A DNA stretch of 64,000 bases from Octopus sinensis (taxonomy: Eukaryota): assembly GCF_006345805.1 (NCBI RefSeq), contig NC_043009.1:31930001-31994000 (forward strand), written 5' to 3'. The translations under genes and the position numbers were made by a program. Of this stretch, positions 25,631-38,637 are shown piece after piece (position 1 is the stretch's first letter; each line of letters starts with the position of its first letter). The notes below the pieces were generated by a model. It searched no databases. It had not been told where the DNA came from and saw only the letters and a list, made by a program, of their open reading frames with translations.

Positions 25631-26068
25631 ATAGCATGGATTGTCCATTCCAGACTTTGCAACAAGTATGGGTTTGACAGAGTAAAAAAGTGGTACGAAC
25701 ATAAACCCAAAGGCATCACCGAAAATGATAATGCAAAGATCCTATGGGATTCTATGATTCAGTGCATCCATGAGACAGAGAATAGGAAGCCAGACATAAG
25801 CATAATTGAGAAAGAAAACAAACTATGCTGGATCATAGGATGCCCAGCTGACAGCAAGGTATGTGATAAGGAAGAAAGAAAAGTTGATAGATATGACAGG
25901 TTAGCTTGGGAGGTTAAGCAGTTGTGGTCGCTGAAAAAGGTGGTAGTAGTGCCAATAATTGTCGGAGCCCTGGGAACAGTAAGTTAAAAAATCTTGAGAA
26001 GTACATGAAACAAACAGTGGCTGCAATAAGGGTGGAGCACTTGCAGAAAACGGCACTGTTTGGAGCTC
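25631..26068 (+). mobile_element. Second R4/Dong-like RLE fragment, from a different subfamily
   Basis: KWYEHKPKGITENDNAKILWDSMIQ..RKPDISII..KEERKVDRYDRL..PIIVGALG; preceded by an (AAC/AAT)n run. Confidence 0.85.
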
Positions 26069-26795
26069 AAAAATAAGAGGTGTTACCTTATTTCACAGGT
26101 GGTGAAAAGCTGATACTGTGGTACATCTCCAACATTAGAAGCTGTATAAAGACAATAAATAATAATAATGATTTTTTTTCTGATTTTGTCCCAAGACCAG
26201 AAGTTTTGAGGTGAGTGGTAAGTTATTGACACTGCTGCCCAGTGGTCAAATGGTTCTTCTTCCATTGATCCTGAATAAATAATATATCAAAAAAAAAAAG
26301 AGTCAGCCTCAGTTAACTTTGAACTCAAAACATAAATAACTGAAAGAAATGTCACTAAATATTCAATGTGGCCCTTTGATGGTTCTAGCAGCTTGGGATA
26401 ATGGTGTCTCATTCAAGCAGAATTCCAGCAAGGGTTGAGAAACAGAGTTACCCAATACCATCTACCCAAGAATTATAAATTTGGATGAAAATCAAAGTTT
26501 ACCTTGGTTGTAAAGAATGAAGCCGTTCTTCTCTCTCTCTCTCTCCCTTCAAATCCCCTGATCTCTGCTTGGCTATTATAATCCATAGATGTCAGCCAGT
26601 TCCCAAGCCTGGTTAAAAGCGGATAGGAATTAGTCCTTTTTTCCATATCTTCTCCAAAAAAAATGTAAAAAAAAGTAACTTCTGACAGAACCTGTCTAAG
26701 AAAAACCAAAGGAAGTTCGTACAGCCCTGAGTCAGTAATGGTGGTGGGGCATGGATGGACTAATGTATAGAGTATTGAATAAACCAAGGACTTAC

Positions 26796-26865
26796 TTCCA
26801 TTTGGGACTTTAGTGCTTTTAAGAGGGCCCATTGTATTGCAAGCATTCAAGTTTGGTTTTCCAGT
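26796..26865 (-). other. Possible 70-nt exon of an unidentified transcript
   Basis: TTATTTTCAG acceptor and GGAA|GTAAGT donor; only one frame is open (TGKPNLNACNTMGPLKSTKVPNG); no partner exons or homology recognised. Confidence 0.25.
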
Positions 26866-28236
26866 CTGAAAATAACCTCCTGCTTTCCACCCATCAGTCT
26901 GAGAGGCTCAGGTCAGAGGTCATGTATATTGACCTCACTCATTTGCATAAGACATTTAAAAACAAAATAAATTAAAAGGAGACAGATTGATTGTTTATAG
27001 AAATATCAACTGTACGGTTCATTTGATGAACTAGCAGTGTGGCATTGAATCGGTCTGTAGAAGCAGTGTTGATCAAAGACACTCAACAACAACAACGACG
27101 ACGACGACGACAACAACAACAACAATGAAAACATCATCAATGACAAAAGAGATATATTTACTAATTGGACGATGTGAAATGTTAAATGAGATGGAGAAAT
27201 ACATCAAGTGACCTTTGCGTTTAATTGTCTGCGAAATAAAGAAAGAATTTGTGGAAATAACATATTTGAGATGCAAGAAGAGAACTGACTTTCTTGATGC
27301 TGCCATTTATCAATAGCTACACCATTCATGCCACTACATCCTCCTCTGTCACCACCAACATCAACACCATTATCAGCCATCATTGGGTACTGTCATCGTA
27401 TCAGACAATACAACCATGGCCGCCACTGACCACCACTGACCACCACCATCTCCGTCATTGCAACCACTTCTGCTACTGCTATGTATAATGATGTGACTGT
27501 GATGACAGCATAAACTTCACTCTAACTGCCACCTCCTCTGCCACCACCACCACCTCCGCCACCACCACCACCATCACTACTGCCACTGCCACCGCTACCA
27601 ACAACAACATCATTGTAACTGACCACCACCACCATCAAATAGCTCACTGTCACCACCAACACCAATAACAACAACCACGGTGACAGTAACAGCAACCAAC
27701 AGCACAACCACAACCACCACAAACACTACCACCACCACCACAACCACTACCACCATTGCCAACACCAGCACCACCACCACCGCCGCCGCCACCACCACCA
27801 CCAGCATCACCAATGTCACCAAACCTTTCAAATGCTGTTCCTCCACCTGTCTCGAACAGTAGGATGTCTTGTGAAACAAGTGAATTGTTTAAAGAGCAAT
27901 TTAAATTTTATGAGAGAAATTTCAGTTAAAAGAATGTTTGTGTGTGTGTGTATGTGTGTGTGTGTGAGTGTATATCTGTGTGTATGTGTGTGTCTGCATG
28001 TCTGTGTAGATGTATGTGTTCCTAAGTATGTATGTATCTATACATATGTACAAGTATTTATATAATATATACATACAGCCTTTCTATTATAGGCAAAATA
28101 CCTGAAATTTGGAGGAGGGAGATAGTCAATTACATCGACCCCAGTAGTCAACTGGTACTTAATTTATCTATGCAGAAAGGATGAAAGGCAAAGTCGACCT
28201 CGGCGGAATTTGAACTCAGAACGTAGCAATAGGCAA

Positions 28237-28286
<50 letters not shown>

Positions 28287-28395
28287 AGTTGAGGCAATGA
28301 TGGTTTCTACAGAATGCTTGTGTTAAGATAAAACAAACACTTCTGAGTTTGTCGTACGTTAGCCTACACGTTGTTAAATTTCTTTTAGAAATTCT

Positions 28396-28480
28396 CCCTA
28401 AGGATATACACAATTCATTGATTTCGTATATGGAATTTTATTTCTGAAATTAAAGAATTCTGTATGGAAACAGCTGTAGG
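28396..28480 (+). ncRNA. Degenerate minimal hammerhead motif with long loop II
   Basis: CC-CTAAGGA-TATACA...TGTATG-GAAACAGCTGTA|GG; G5A core change. Confidence 0.45.
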
Positions 28481-28819
28481 TAGGCATTCCTATGTATAAT
28501 TTAAATGTTTTTAGATAAAAACAGCTGTATGTAAATTTTTTCCATTTTCTTCATTTCCTTATTTTAAAGTTTACACACACGCACACACACACACACACAC
28601 ACATTCACACATACATACATACATATCTATATATATATATATATATATATATACATACATACATACATATATATGTGTAGATGCAGCAAGGTTGTGGTTG
28701 AGAAGTTGCAACCTCATTTTTTCTGGGTTCAGTTCTGCCCTGCTACACAACATCTTAGGCTAGTGTCTTCTACTATTGTTCCAGGCTGACCAATATCTTG
28801 TGGAAAGAACTTATCATGT

Positions 28820-29100
28820 AGGCGCATGGCTTAGGGGTTAGGGTATTGCATTCATGATCACTAGATCGTAATTTCAATTCCTAGATAGGTTGGTCTGTTG
28901 TATTCTTGAGCAAGACACTTCATCTCACATTGCTCTGTGATCACTTCGACACCTGACGTTTGGTATACCATGCACTTGTTCAAGCAGCATCGATTTGATG
29001 AAGAGAGAGCTAATGTATGGCACGAACATTTGATAGCTTTGAACAAATCATTTGTGGAGGTCGCTTGGCAAAAACTGAATGCTAACATGTTGTCTTCAAC
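28820..29100 (+). mobile_element. tRNA-derived SINE (another family)
   Basis: GGCGCATGGCTTAGGGGTTAG head, TTTCAATTCC B-box-like, TTCTTGAGCAAGACACTT core. Confidence 0.6.
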
Positions 29101-29149
29101 AGGAGAATCCATCATATATATATATATATATATTATATTCTTCATGACA

Positions 29150-29515
29150 ATGGTTGAGCACACAAATCACTCATGATGTTTCTGAAGTTGAGGGAACTTG
29201 GCTACGAAGTTCTTTCCTACCCAACTTATTCCCCAGACCTCTCTCCTACCGACTACCACCTTTTCAAGCACCTTGATGGTTTCCTGCGAGAGAAGTTAAA
29301 AAATCAAACCAATACTGAAAGTGCATTGAAATAGTTCATCAGCTCCAGAACTCCAAATTTTTTTGTTAGTGGAATAGACAAACTTGTAACTCGTTGGCTA
29401 AAAATATGTTGATTGTAATGGCACTTACTTTGATGAATAAAATTTCTGCATTGTTGAAATATATTGTGATGAATTTCATGTTTCAAAATGTTGCTTACTT
29501 TTTACTCAGCCTGAT
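29150..29515 (+). mobile_element. Mariner transposase 3' fragment with terminal repeat remnant
   Basis: Translates as LGYEVLSYPTYSPDLSPTDYHLFKHLDGFL..GIDKLVTRW with an internal stop. Confidence 0.85.
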
Positions 29516-29541
29516 ATATATATATATATATATATAAAATA

Positions 29542-29908
29542 CAGTGTACATTTAAACACATAAGGAATCCACTCATGGGATTCAACATGCTAGAAAGAAC
29601 AGCTAGGTTATATAACCATAAAATTAGGATATATAAACAAGAGGCACATAGTTGATCGCCTTGTGTTTATATATTTAATCTAAGGTGTACCTGTCAAAAA
29701 CGATTTCACCTCGCGAGTAAAAGTTATTTACTTGCTAAATTAAAATCAGAAACTAATTGGTCCAGGAAATTAGATGGTAAAATGTTTTTATTTTTTCATT
29801 TTGTTCCTGTCGAATTTTATCCCTAGTTTTGTGGTTATAGAACCTAGCTGTTCTTTCTAGCATGTTGAATCCCACGAGTGGATTCCTTATGTGCTTAAAT
29901 GTTCACTG
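29542..29908. mobile_element. Tc1/mariner-type MITE with ~90-bp TIRs
   Basis: TA|CAGTG...CACTG|TA termini; arms 29542-29630 and 29818-29908 differ at only a handful of positions. Confidence 0.85.
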
Positions 29909-30004
29909 TATTTTATGAGTAATACATAGTCTTTGGACTAAATTTTTACATGCTAGGCCACTGGAAATGAAAATTTCTATTAATTTCCATTTCCCTTTGA
30001 TATG

Positions 30005-30055
<51 letters not shown>

Positions 30056-30953
30056 TCACACACACACATACATGCATATATAGATATATATATACAGACA
30101 AACAAACAAGCAAACAGATAGATATGTGCGTGCATGTGTGTAAATGAGACAGACAAGTGTTGTGTAGTATTGTATTTATAGCATGTCTGTGAAGCAAACT
30201 TATATTCACATAAACTTACATTCAAATTTTGGTTGCTGATTCCAGCAGTTACTTTCACGAGTGTATGTTACACAGATCAAACAAGGAAAATACCTATTTC
30301 AATAACAACTTCTTCTTAGGCACAACCAGAAGCAGCAGCGATTCCAGTTTATATAACCAGACACATTAGCTAGCACAGAAATGCAATGGTACCAGGAATC
30401 AACCATTGAAGTAGTGGCTGCCTCCTCAAGGGTTGTCAGAGTAGACCAGCTACTGTGGTATAAACCTAAAGACAGCTTTTAGTTGACACTCAGAGCAGCA
30501 ATATCGGACTGACAATAGGAGGCCAACTATAAGGAACCAGCTCAGATACTATTCATACCAGCCAGCCAGCCAGCCAGCCATATATCGCTATGCAGAGCAG
30601 CAATCAACCCCACAACAGAAAATCCTATAACACATGCACATATCGTGCAGAATTACTTGCATGCTGCACACACATCATGCTGAATCACTTGCATGCCACA
30701 TACACGTGCACAAACGTGTGTATTTATGTGTGTATGTAGGTATATAAAGGTATCTATCATTTACATATGTATGTATCACTCATTAAGAAACTTTGCAAAA
30801 CATTATGTTCGTCTGTTTAATATATAACATCCACTTGTTTCTGTTATTATTCTTTATGTTGAAATCAAGCATCACATTGTATTTAACATTTATTTTACTG
30901 TGGTCAATTAAACTTGTCATAACTAAATTGAATCAGCAACCAGTGGGAATAGT

Positions 30954-31003
<50 letters not shown>

Positions 31004-31399
31004 TGTATGTATGTATGTATGTATGTATGTATGTATGTATGTATGTATGTGTGTGTATATATATATATATGTGTGTTATGTATATATGTAAGTATATTTC
31101 CATTTTGAGATTATAATAGTTGTAATAGCATAAATATTTTTTCCTGTTTATGCAGATTTTTTGTTAATTTGGTTAAGTTATGTTCACTCTCTTCAAGCTT
31201 ACACACATACACATATGACTGTGTACATAAATGTATATACGTATGTATGTATGTATGTAGCTATAGACGTATGTACATATGCATGTATGTATATATAGAT
31301 GCAGAGAGAGAGAGAGAGAGAGATAATGTGAACGTTGGTGGTAGAGCAGTGCAAGAATGAGGGCTAGCAGGCACATGGGGCAATAAGAAGAAGAAGAAA

Positions 31400-31772
31400 G
31401 GAAGCATTCCGTCGGTTACGACGATGAGGGTTCCGGTTGATCTGAATCAATGGAACAGCCTGCTCATGAAATTAACGTGTAAGTGGCTGAGCACTCCACA
31501 GACACATGCACCCTTAACGTAGTTCTCGGGGATATTCAGCGTGACACAGAGAGTGACAAGGCCGGCCCCTTGAAATACAGGTACAACAGAAACAGGAAGT
31601 AAGAGTGAGAGAAAGTTGTGGTGAAAGAGTACAGCAGGGATCACCACCATCCCCTGCCGGAGCCTCGTGGAGCTTTTTTAGGTGTTTTCGCTCAATAAAC
31701 ACTCACAACGCCCGGTCTGGGAATCGAAACCGCAATCCTATGACTGCGAGTCTGCTGCCCTAACCACTGGGC
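31400..31772 (-). mobile_element. tRNA-derived SINE family C, tail type 1
   Basis: ATGGCCCAGTGGTTAGGGCAG..GGTTTCGATTCCC..GAGCGAAAACACC..CAACTTTCTCTCACTC. Confidence 0.85.
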
Positions 31773-31779
31773 CATACAT

Positions 31780-32075
31780 GGGCAATAGGAGTGGGCTGTC
31801 AACGGTTTGTGGGGTGCTTGTTCTGCAAAGGTGTGAATGGGCTTAGAGTTACTGGTACAACAAAGAGGGGGACTATAAATTCTTTCACTGAAGCTGCAGA
31901 GAAGGCCACTAGATGGCTTTGGATGAAGAGAGCAAGCCAGTGTTTTGTTGCCACTGGGATGCAAGCTGAGATTGACCTTCGCTGAGTAAGCTGCATGAGG
32001 GTACCTAATGTCAAAGATCTAAGACTTCCTGGGATCCCAGAAATATCACTGACAAAGTATCCCAAAGAAGCTGCC
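31780..32075 (+). mobile_element. 3' end of a HERO-like RLE non-LTR retrotransposon
   Basis: IGVGCQRFVG..LRVTG..EAAEKATRWLWMKR resembles the C-terminus of HERO-type RLE proteins (EVGCRGF..EAAEKASRWLWLKR), from memory. Confidence 0.6.
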
Positions 32076-32241
32076 TTGGAGTTACCAGTCACTACTGGGA
32101 ATGGACCAGATAACAACCAAGAATAATCTGATGTCTACTGGAATGTCAGTTGACAGCATGGGTGGGTGGCTAGGTAAAGAGACGCACAGACAGGTAGAAA
32201 GATAAATAGATATGTAGACAGACAGACAAATAAATAGATAG

Positions 32242-32273
<32 letters not shown>

Positions 32274-32850
32274 GGAGAGAGACAGACAGACAGACAGATT
32301 CGTGCATACACAAATACAAGCAGAGAGTATATTATATTATTAAACATACAATTAGAACTAAAGGCACAAGGTAAGTGTTACCAAGACAATTTGAAATAGT
32401 TCCATTCCTTCCCAAGGAACTTTTGCCAGACTAAAGAGGATTTCCAAAGTATTCTTCCAAAATGCCACTGCCATTGCATAAAAAAGGCATTTATTTCACT
32501 TGGTTTGCTTTTGTTCGTAGCAAAGCTATTACCAAATTTTTGTCAATCAGAGTTCCAAATAGCGATGCACATGTTAAACCTTTAGGGATACCTTCTATGT
32601 TTTGTACTAAGAAAAATCAATGCTGGTTATCCTGATCTTGCTTCTTATCAAGTTGTGATGGGGAGGAGAACACTTGGGGCAATTTTGCAATGACTCAAAA
32701 ATAAATAGTAAATAATGTAAATATAAACAAAAGGAGAAAAATATAACAGTAAAAACCTGAGAATTCTTCTAAAATTGTGAAATGTTAATTTGGGAACAGA
32801 AAGAGACTGTTCGTAACAAATGTTCTTTTATTCTTTTATTCTTTTTTTTG

Positions 32851-33073
32851 TTTCAGTCATTTGACTGTGGCCATGCTGGAGCACCACCTTTAGTTGAACA
32901 AATCGACCTCAGAACTTATTCTTTGTAAGCCTAGAACTTATTCTATTGGTCTCTTAGCTGAGTTACTAAGTCAGAGGAATGCAAACACACCAGCATCGGT
33001 TGTCAAGCGATGTTGGGGGGACAAACACAGACACACAAACATACACACACACACACATATATATATATACACG

Positions 33074-33109
<36 letters not shown>

Positions 33110-33269
33110 CGACAGGCTTCTTTCCGTTTCTGCCTACCAAATCCACCCACAAGGCTTTCGTCGGCCTGAGGCTACAGTAGAAGACATTTGCCCAAAGTGC
33201 TGCACAGTGGGACTGAACCCGGAACCATGTGGTTGGTAAGCAAGCTACTTACCACACAGCCACGCCTGT
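32851..33269 (-). mobile_element. Full-length SINE family A
   Basis: Reverse complement of the 6257-6625 structure. Confidence 0.85.
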
Positions 33270-33570
33270 TGTTTAAGGGTTTCATCTTTCCTTTTTTGAT
33301 CAATCATTTATTTTACATTAATACCAAATTTCATTCAATTGTTTTGATACCAGCCTTCCAGAGACAGTTCATCATTCTATGATACAAACTTTGTGTTTTA
33401 AAGTGAACATCATCGTAATTATCATCGTTTAATGTCCACTTTCCATGCTAGCATGGGTTGGACGATTTGACTGAGGACTGACAAACCAGATGTCTGCACC
33501 AAGCTCCAATCTGATGTAAATTAAAATCTTCTGTCAAAATTTCATGTCAATTTATGTGAAAAACACTAGC

Positions 33571-33624
<54 letters not shown>

Positions 33625-33627
<3 letters not shown>

Positions 33628-34181
33628 GCCCTGATGCAGTACCAGGTAGTGGCTCTCATGGCTTCTGATCTTAACTGATTGGAAGTGTTATCATGTACAT
33701 TGTTTTGTCATGGTATAAAAGATGGGCTACAGCAAATATTCTGCTCAATACCACAGATTTGCTTGTCAGTTGTTTGACCTTAACCAGTTGAGCATGTCCC
33801 TTAGTGGCTGACGATATGTGCATCTCTGATCATGAGCAGAAGTAGTGGGGGAGCATCATAGTCATGTGTTGAGAGGGATTCTTTGGGGTTTGAATAGATC
33901 ACCTCTGGAAACATGGGTGGTTCTTTCAACATCCTTAAACAACCCTTATTCAGGGACCGTTTGAGCGGGATGGGCTACTCAACCTGAAGAAAATTCTAAC
34001 TGGGCCCCACCTGCAAGGTCATGTGCTGTTTATCTTGATATGAGATCACCATGCCATGCACATATGGTTGTGATGCATGTGCCTGGTGTACCTTTATCAG
34101 ACAGGTAGTCATGATGGGTATATTGGGCTTCATATATTTTACCCCAGTGTCACTTTGATGGCATGAACTGCTCTGTCACTC
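33625..34181. mobile_element. Non-coding ~550-bp element in (AAT)n, copy 2
   Basis: Aligns end to end with 25057-25585 and keeps a ~26-bp segment that copy 1 lacks. Confidence 0.85.
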
Positions 34182-34899
34182 AATAATAATAATAATAATA
34201 ATGATAATAATAATAATCATTTAACATCTGTTTTCCATACTGGCATGAGTTGGACGATTTGACCAGAGCTGGCAAGCAGGAGAACTATACCAGGTTCCAG
34301 TCTGATTTGGCCTGGTTTATATGGTTGTATGCCCTTTCTAATGCCAACCACTTTACAGAGTGTTTTTAACATGGACTGGCACAGATGCATTTGGCATGAG
34401 GGCTCTTGCAGGGCAAAAACCTCTTCAGCTAGAAGGGTTCTGTTAATAATGCTGCTGTGATGGGCAGGTCTTCCTGGGTGCAGAAAAGCACCAGTTATCT
34501 CGGTCCTTTGTAAATAAGGTGCCAGATATTTCATTCCCTTGTAAAGTTATTTCATCTAATTCTTCCTTATTTTTCAAATCCTTTCAACCAAAAGGCATTT
34601 CAACAGAAATTTGGTAATGAAAAGGTAACAGGGAAGGTGTATGCGAAAAAGAGAATGTTTCTGTTTCTGTGGGCCTCAACACAAGCTTTAAATGGTCACT
34701 TGCTATATTAATTGCAAAAGTATCCTAGCCAGAAGGTGTCCAAGAAAAGTTTCTCAAAAATTGCGTTTAAACAAAAGTGAAAAAAAAAAAAGAAACGAAA
34801 AAGAAAGAAAGCAAACATGAATATAATACAAATAAATCATAATTGGTTTCTGGTGGCTAAATTAAATGTTGACTCAGCAAAGCAGAACACTTTTCAGAT

Positions 34900-35016
34900 A
34901 AGAAAAAGAAGATGACAACAAATCGAAAACAACAACAACAACAATAATAATAATACAGTAATAATAATAATAATGATGATAATAATAATAATATAATAAT
35001 AATGATAATAATAATG

Positions 35017-35053
<37 letters not shown>

Positions 35054-35727
35054 TAATGATGATGATGATGATGAGGATGATAATAATAATGATAATAATA
35101 AATCAACAAGAAGTGTATTAGAAAACAAACCCTCAAAATTGCCAAACATTATAACTATTATTTGCCCAGAGAATATTTCTCTGGGGAGTATTTGGTGTGG
35201 ACATATTTTGGCAGCAATGTACCAAAAAATGAATTCTATGATTAATTATGCTCAATAATTCTTTTATGTCTCATACAACATTTATTTGTAGATTTGTCAT
35301 GATTTTTCAATTTATATACTTTTTTATTATGTATTTTTATATACGTTTTTTTATATATTATTTTTATATATTTTTTTATAAATGTTTTTATTCTTTTCTA
35401 TTTATTGTTTAATTCTGGCCACCATGATGTTTTTTTTCATTTGTTTTTACCATTTTCTCATACCTTTATCCCCGTTGGGTTCCAGATTTGGTTGTTTCTC
35501 TCAGATAATTTATTAATTCCTCCTTTATTTATTTATTTATTTATTTATTAATATTTTGGGTGGGTTTGGGAAGAGTTAGATGGGGAGGGAGGATGTCAAC
35601 ACATCAAATTCTTATTTGCAAACCAAAATATCCTCTCAACTATCTTCCAGACCAGACAGCATCAGTAACAACAACGCCATCATTACACAACTTAATATCA
35701 TTGCAATGAACCCTGCTGCTGCTACTG

Positions 35728-35784
<57 letters not shown>

Positions 35785-35813
35785 TTGCTGCTGCTGCTGC
35801 TACTACTACTACT

Positions 35814-35844
<31 letters not shown>

Positions 35845-36005
35845 ATGATGATGGTGATGATGGTGATGATGACGACGATGAGGATAACAATGATGATGAT
35901 GATGACGATGACGATAATGATGTTGATGATCATGATGAGAGGATGATGATGATCATCATCATATTGCTTCTGCTGTTGCCAACACCACCATGACTACTAC
36001 TACAA

Positions 36006-36037
<32 letters not shown>

Positions 36038-38267
36038 ATCAATGGTATTATACTCACTAAGAAAAGAGGCCTCTGAATTGTACCCCTTGTTAGAAAGAGC
36101 AACTAATTCTCCCTCAATGATACCCTACCATCAAGGCAAAGAATGCATGAGCAACATGTACTTTGCCAAGGCATCTGAGGGGAAGTTGACATGCTGTGAG
36201 GAGACTGTTTTGGGGTCTCCGGGTGGAAGGGAAGGACCTTTTTTAAATTCATGGTGGGGTGGGGCTATGGGAGAGGTTCCCAAGTGATGTTATGGTCAAG
36301 GGTATTTCTTGGCTGTGGTCTTGGGTACCTCACATCCATGTAGAAGAGCTGATCACCAAGGCCAGACCATCTCTGATCATGGGTCCACTTGAATGAGGCT
36401 GACCTGAGCCTTAAAACTGACATCAGCTACAACAGCAACAACAAACAACGTTACTAATAGCATGCAACTGTCATCAATACCATCATCACCAGCAGCATCA
36501 AGAGCAGGAGGTGCAATAGCCCAATGGTTAGGGCAGTGGCCTCGCGGTCGGAGGATCGCGGTTTCAATTCCCAGACTGGGCGTTGTGTGTGTTTCTTGAG
36601 CGAAAACACCACGAGGCTCTGGCAGGGGGTGGTGGCGACCCCTGTTGTACTCTTTTGCTCCAACTTTCTCTCACTCTTTCTTCCTGTTTCTTGTCCCTGT
36701 CTTCCTACGCAACTGCTGAGCCTGGATGCGCGTTCATCCATCCGTCGATGCTCTCTACAGAGGCACGATCTTGCGAGCTCTGGAACGAAGACCGCTTCGC
36801 TCAACAAACAAACAAACATACAAGCAGCATCAACAGCAACACTGTAACTAAACAAAACATGTAACTGAGCAACTACTACCACCACCACTACTACAGCTAC
36901 TATTACTACTACTACTACTACTACTACTAATAATAATAATAATAATAATAATTATAATAATAATAATGATAATAATAATAATATAATAATACCGGTGCCA
37001 ACACCACCACCACTAACAACAACCACCACTGACAAAACCACAACCTACTTCTACTACTACTACTTACTACTACTACTACTACTGCTACTACTACTACTAT
37101 GCTTCCACCATGACCTCAACTTATCAACTTGTTGCAACAACAGAAATAATTTTTACAATTACAACCATTTATGGTACCACTGTACTACTACCAGAACTAT
37201 CACAAATACAAACATCACATACAAGACCACAACATATATTTCAACAACATACCATTATAGCATATACCATCCCCACCACCACCACAAACACACATTAGTA
37301 CAACAGCTACCACTGCCAGCACCACCATCACTACTGTAGCCACAACTAACAAAAAAACTACCACCACAACTGTATCTATACTGTCACTAACAATACAACC
37401 ACCACTAAAACGACCACCAACACAATTATACAACACCATCACCACTACCACCACCAGCTACACCTGGCCACCACCACCATAACTAGTATTACCACCACAC
37501 TACTACCACCACCACCACCATCATCACCACAACCACCACCACCACCACCACCACCACAACCACCACCACCACCACCACACCACCACCATAACCACCACCA
37601 TAACACCCCCTCAATCACCACTACCATGACCACTGCCATCACTGCCACCAGCACTACCACCACCAGCACCATCACCACAACCACCACCACCACCACTATC
37701 ACCACTACAAACACTACCACAGTACCACTACCACCACCACCACCACAACCACTGCCACCAACACACCACCACCACCACCACCACCATCACCATCACCACT
37801 ACCACAATCACTGCCACCACTGCCACCACCACCACCACCATCACAACACCACCACCACCACCGCCTCTATCCATCAGTGACAATTATTAGCCAAGCTTTT
37901 AAACAAATTACATTACTGATAGTTTTGCTTTTATTGGTGTTTTTTGCTCTTATTTATTTATCTTTATTAATTTATTCACAAGTCTATTCATTTGTTTATT
38001 TACTATATACACATTATTATTATACAGCCCTGGCTGCATATCTCTGTGTACGTGTGTATGTGGATGTGCATGGATGTGGGTGTGCTCATATGTATATACG
38101 TACGAGTATATATATATATATATATATAAATATATACACAGACACACACAAATATATGCACACATTTATATATATACACAATATATAAATACATATACAT
38201 ATATACATACATGTAAGCATATATCTGTATACATATATATATGTGTGTGTGTATGTATATAAGTATG

Positions 38268-38299
<32 letters not shown>

Positions 38300-38431
38300 A
38301 ATATATAAATATATATATATATATGTTTGTATATACATATATCTGTATATGTATGTGTGTATATATATCTATATACATACACACACACATATATACATAT
38401 ATTCACATATATATATATGTGTGTTTGTATG

Positions 38432-38466
<35 letters not shown>

Positions 38467-38596
38467 ATTTATATATATACATACACATATATATGCATAT
38501 ATACACTTATATACATACACATACATATATATATACATAGATAAATATATATGCATATACATACATACATATATATATATGTATACACATACATGC

Positions 38597-38637
<41 letters not shown>

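Noticed and set aside
33806-33845. CTGACGA in the 550-bp element as a possible hammerhead core
   Set aside because: No GAAA follows a clean stem II, and copy 1 reads TTGATGA.
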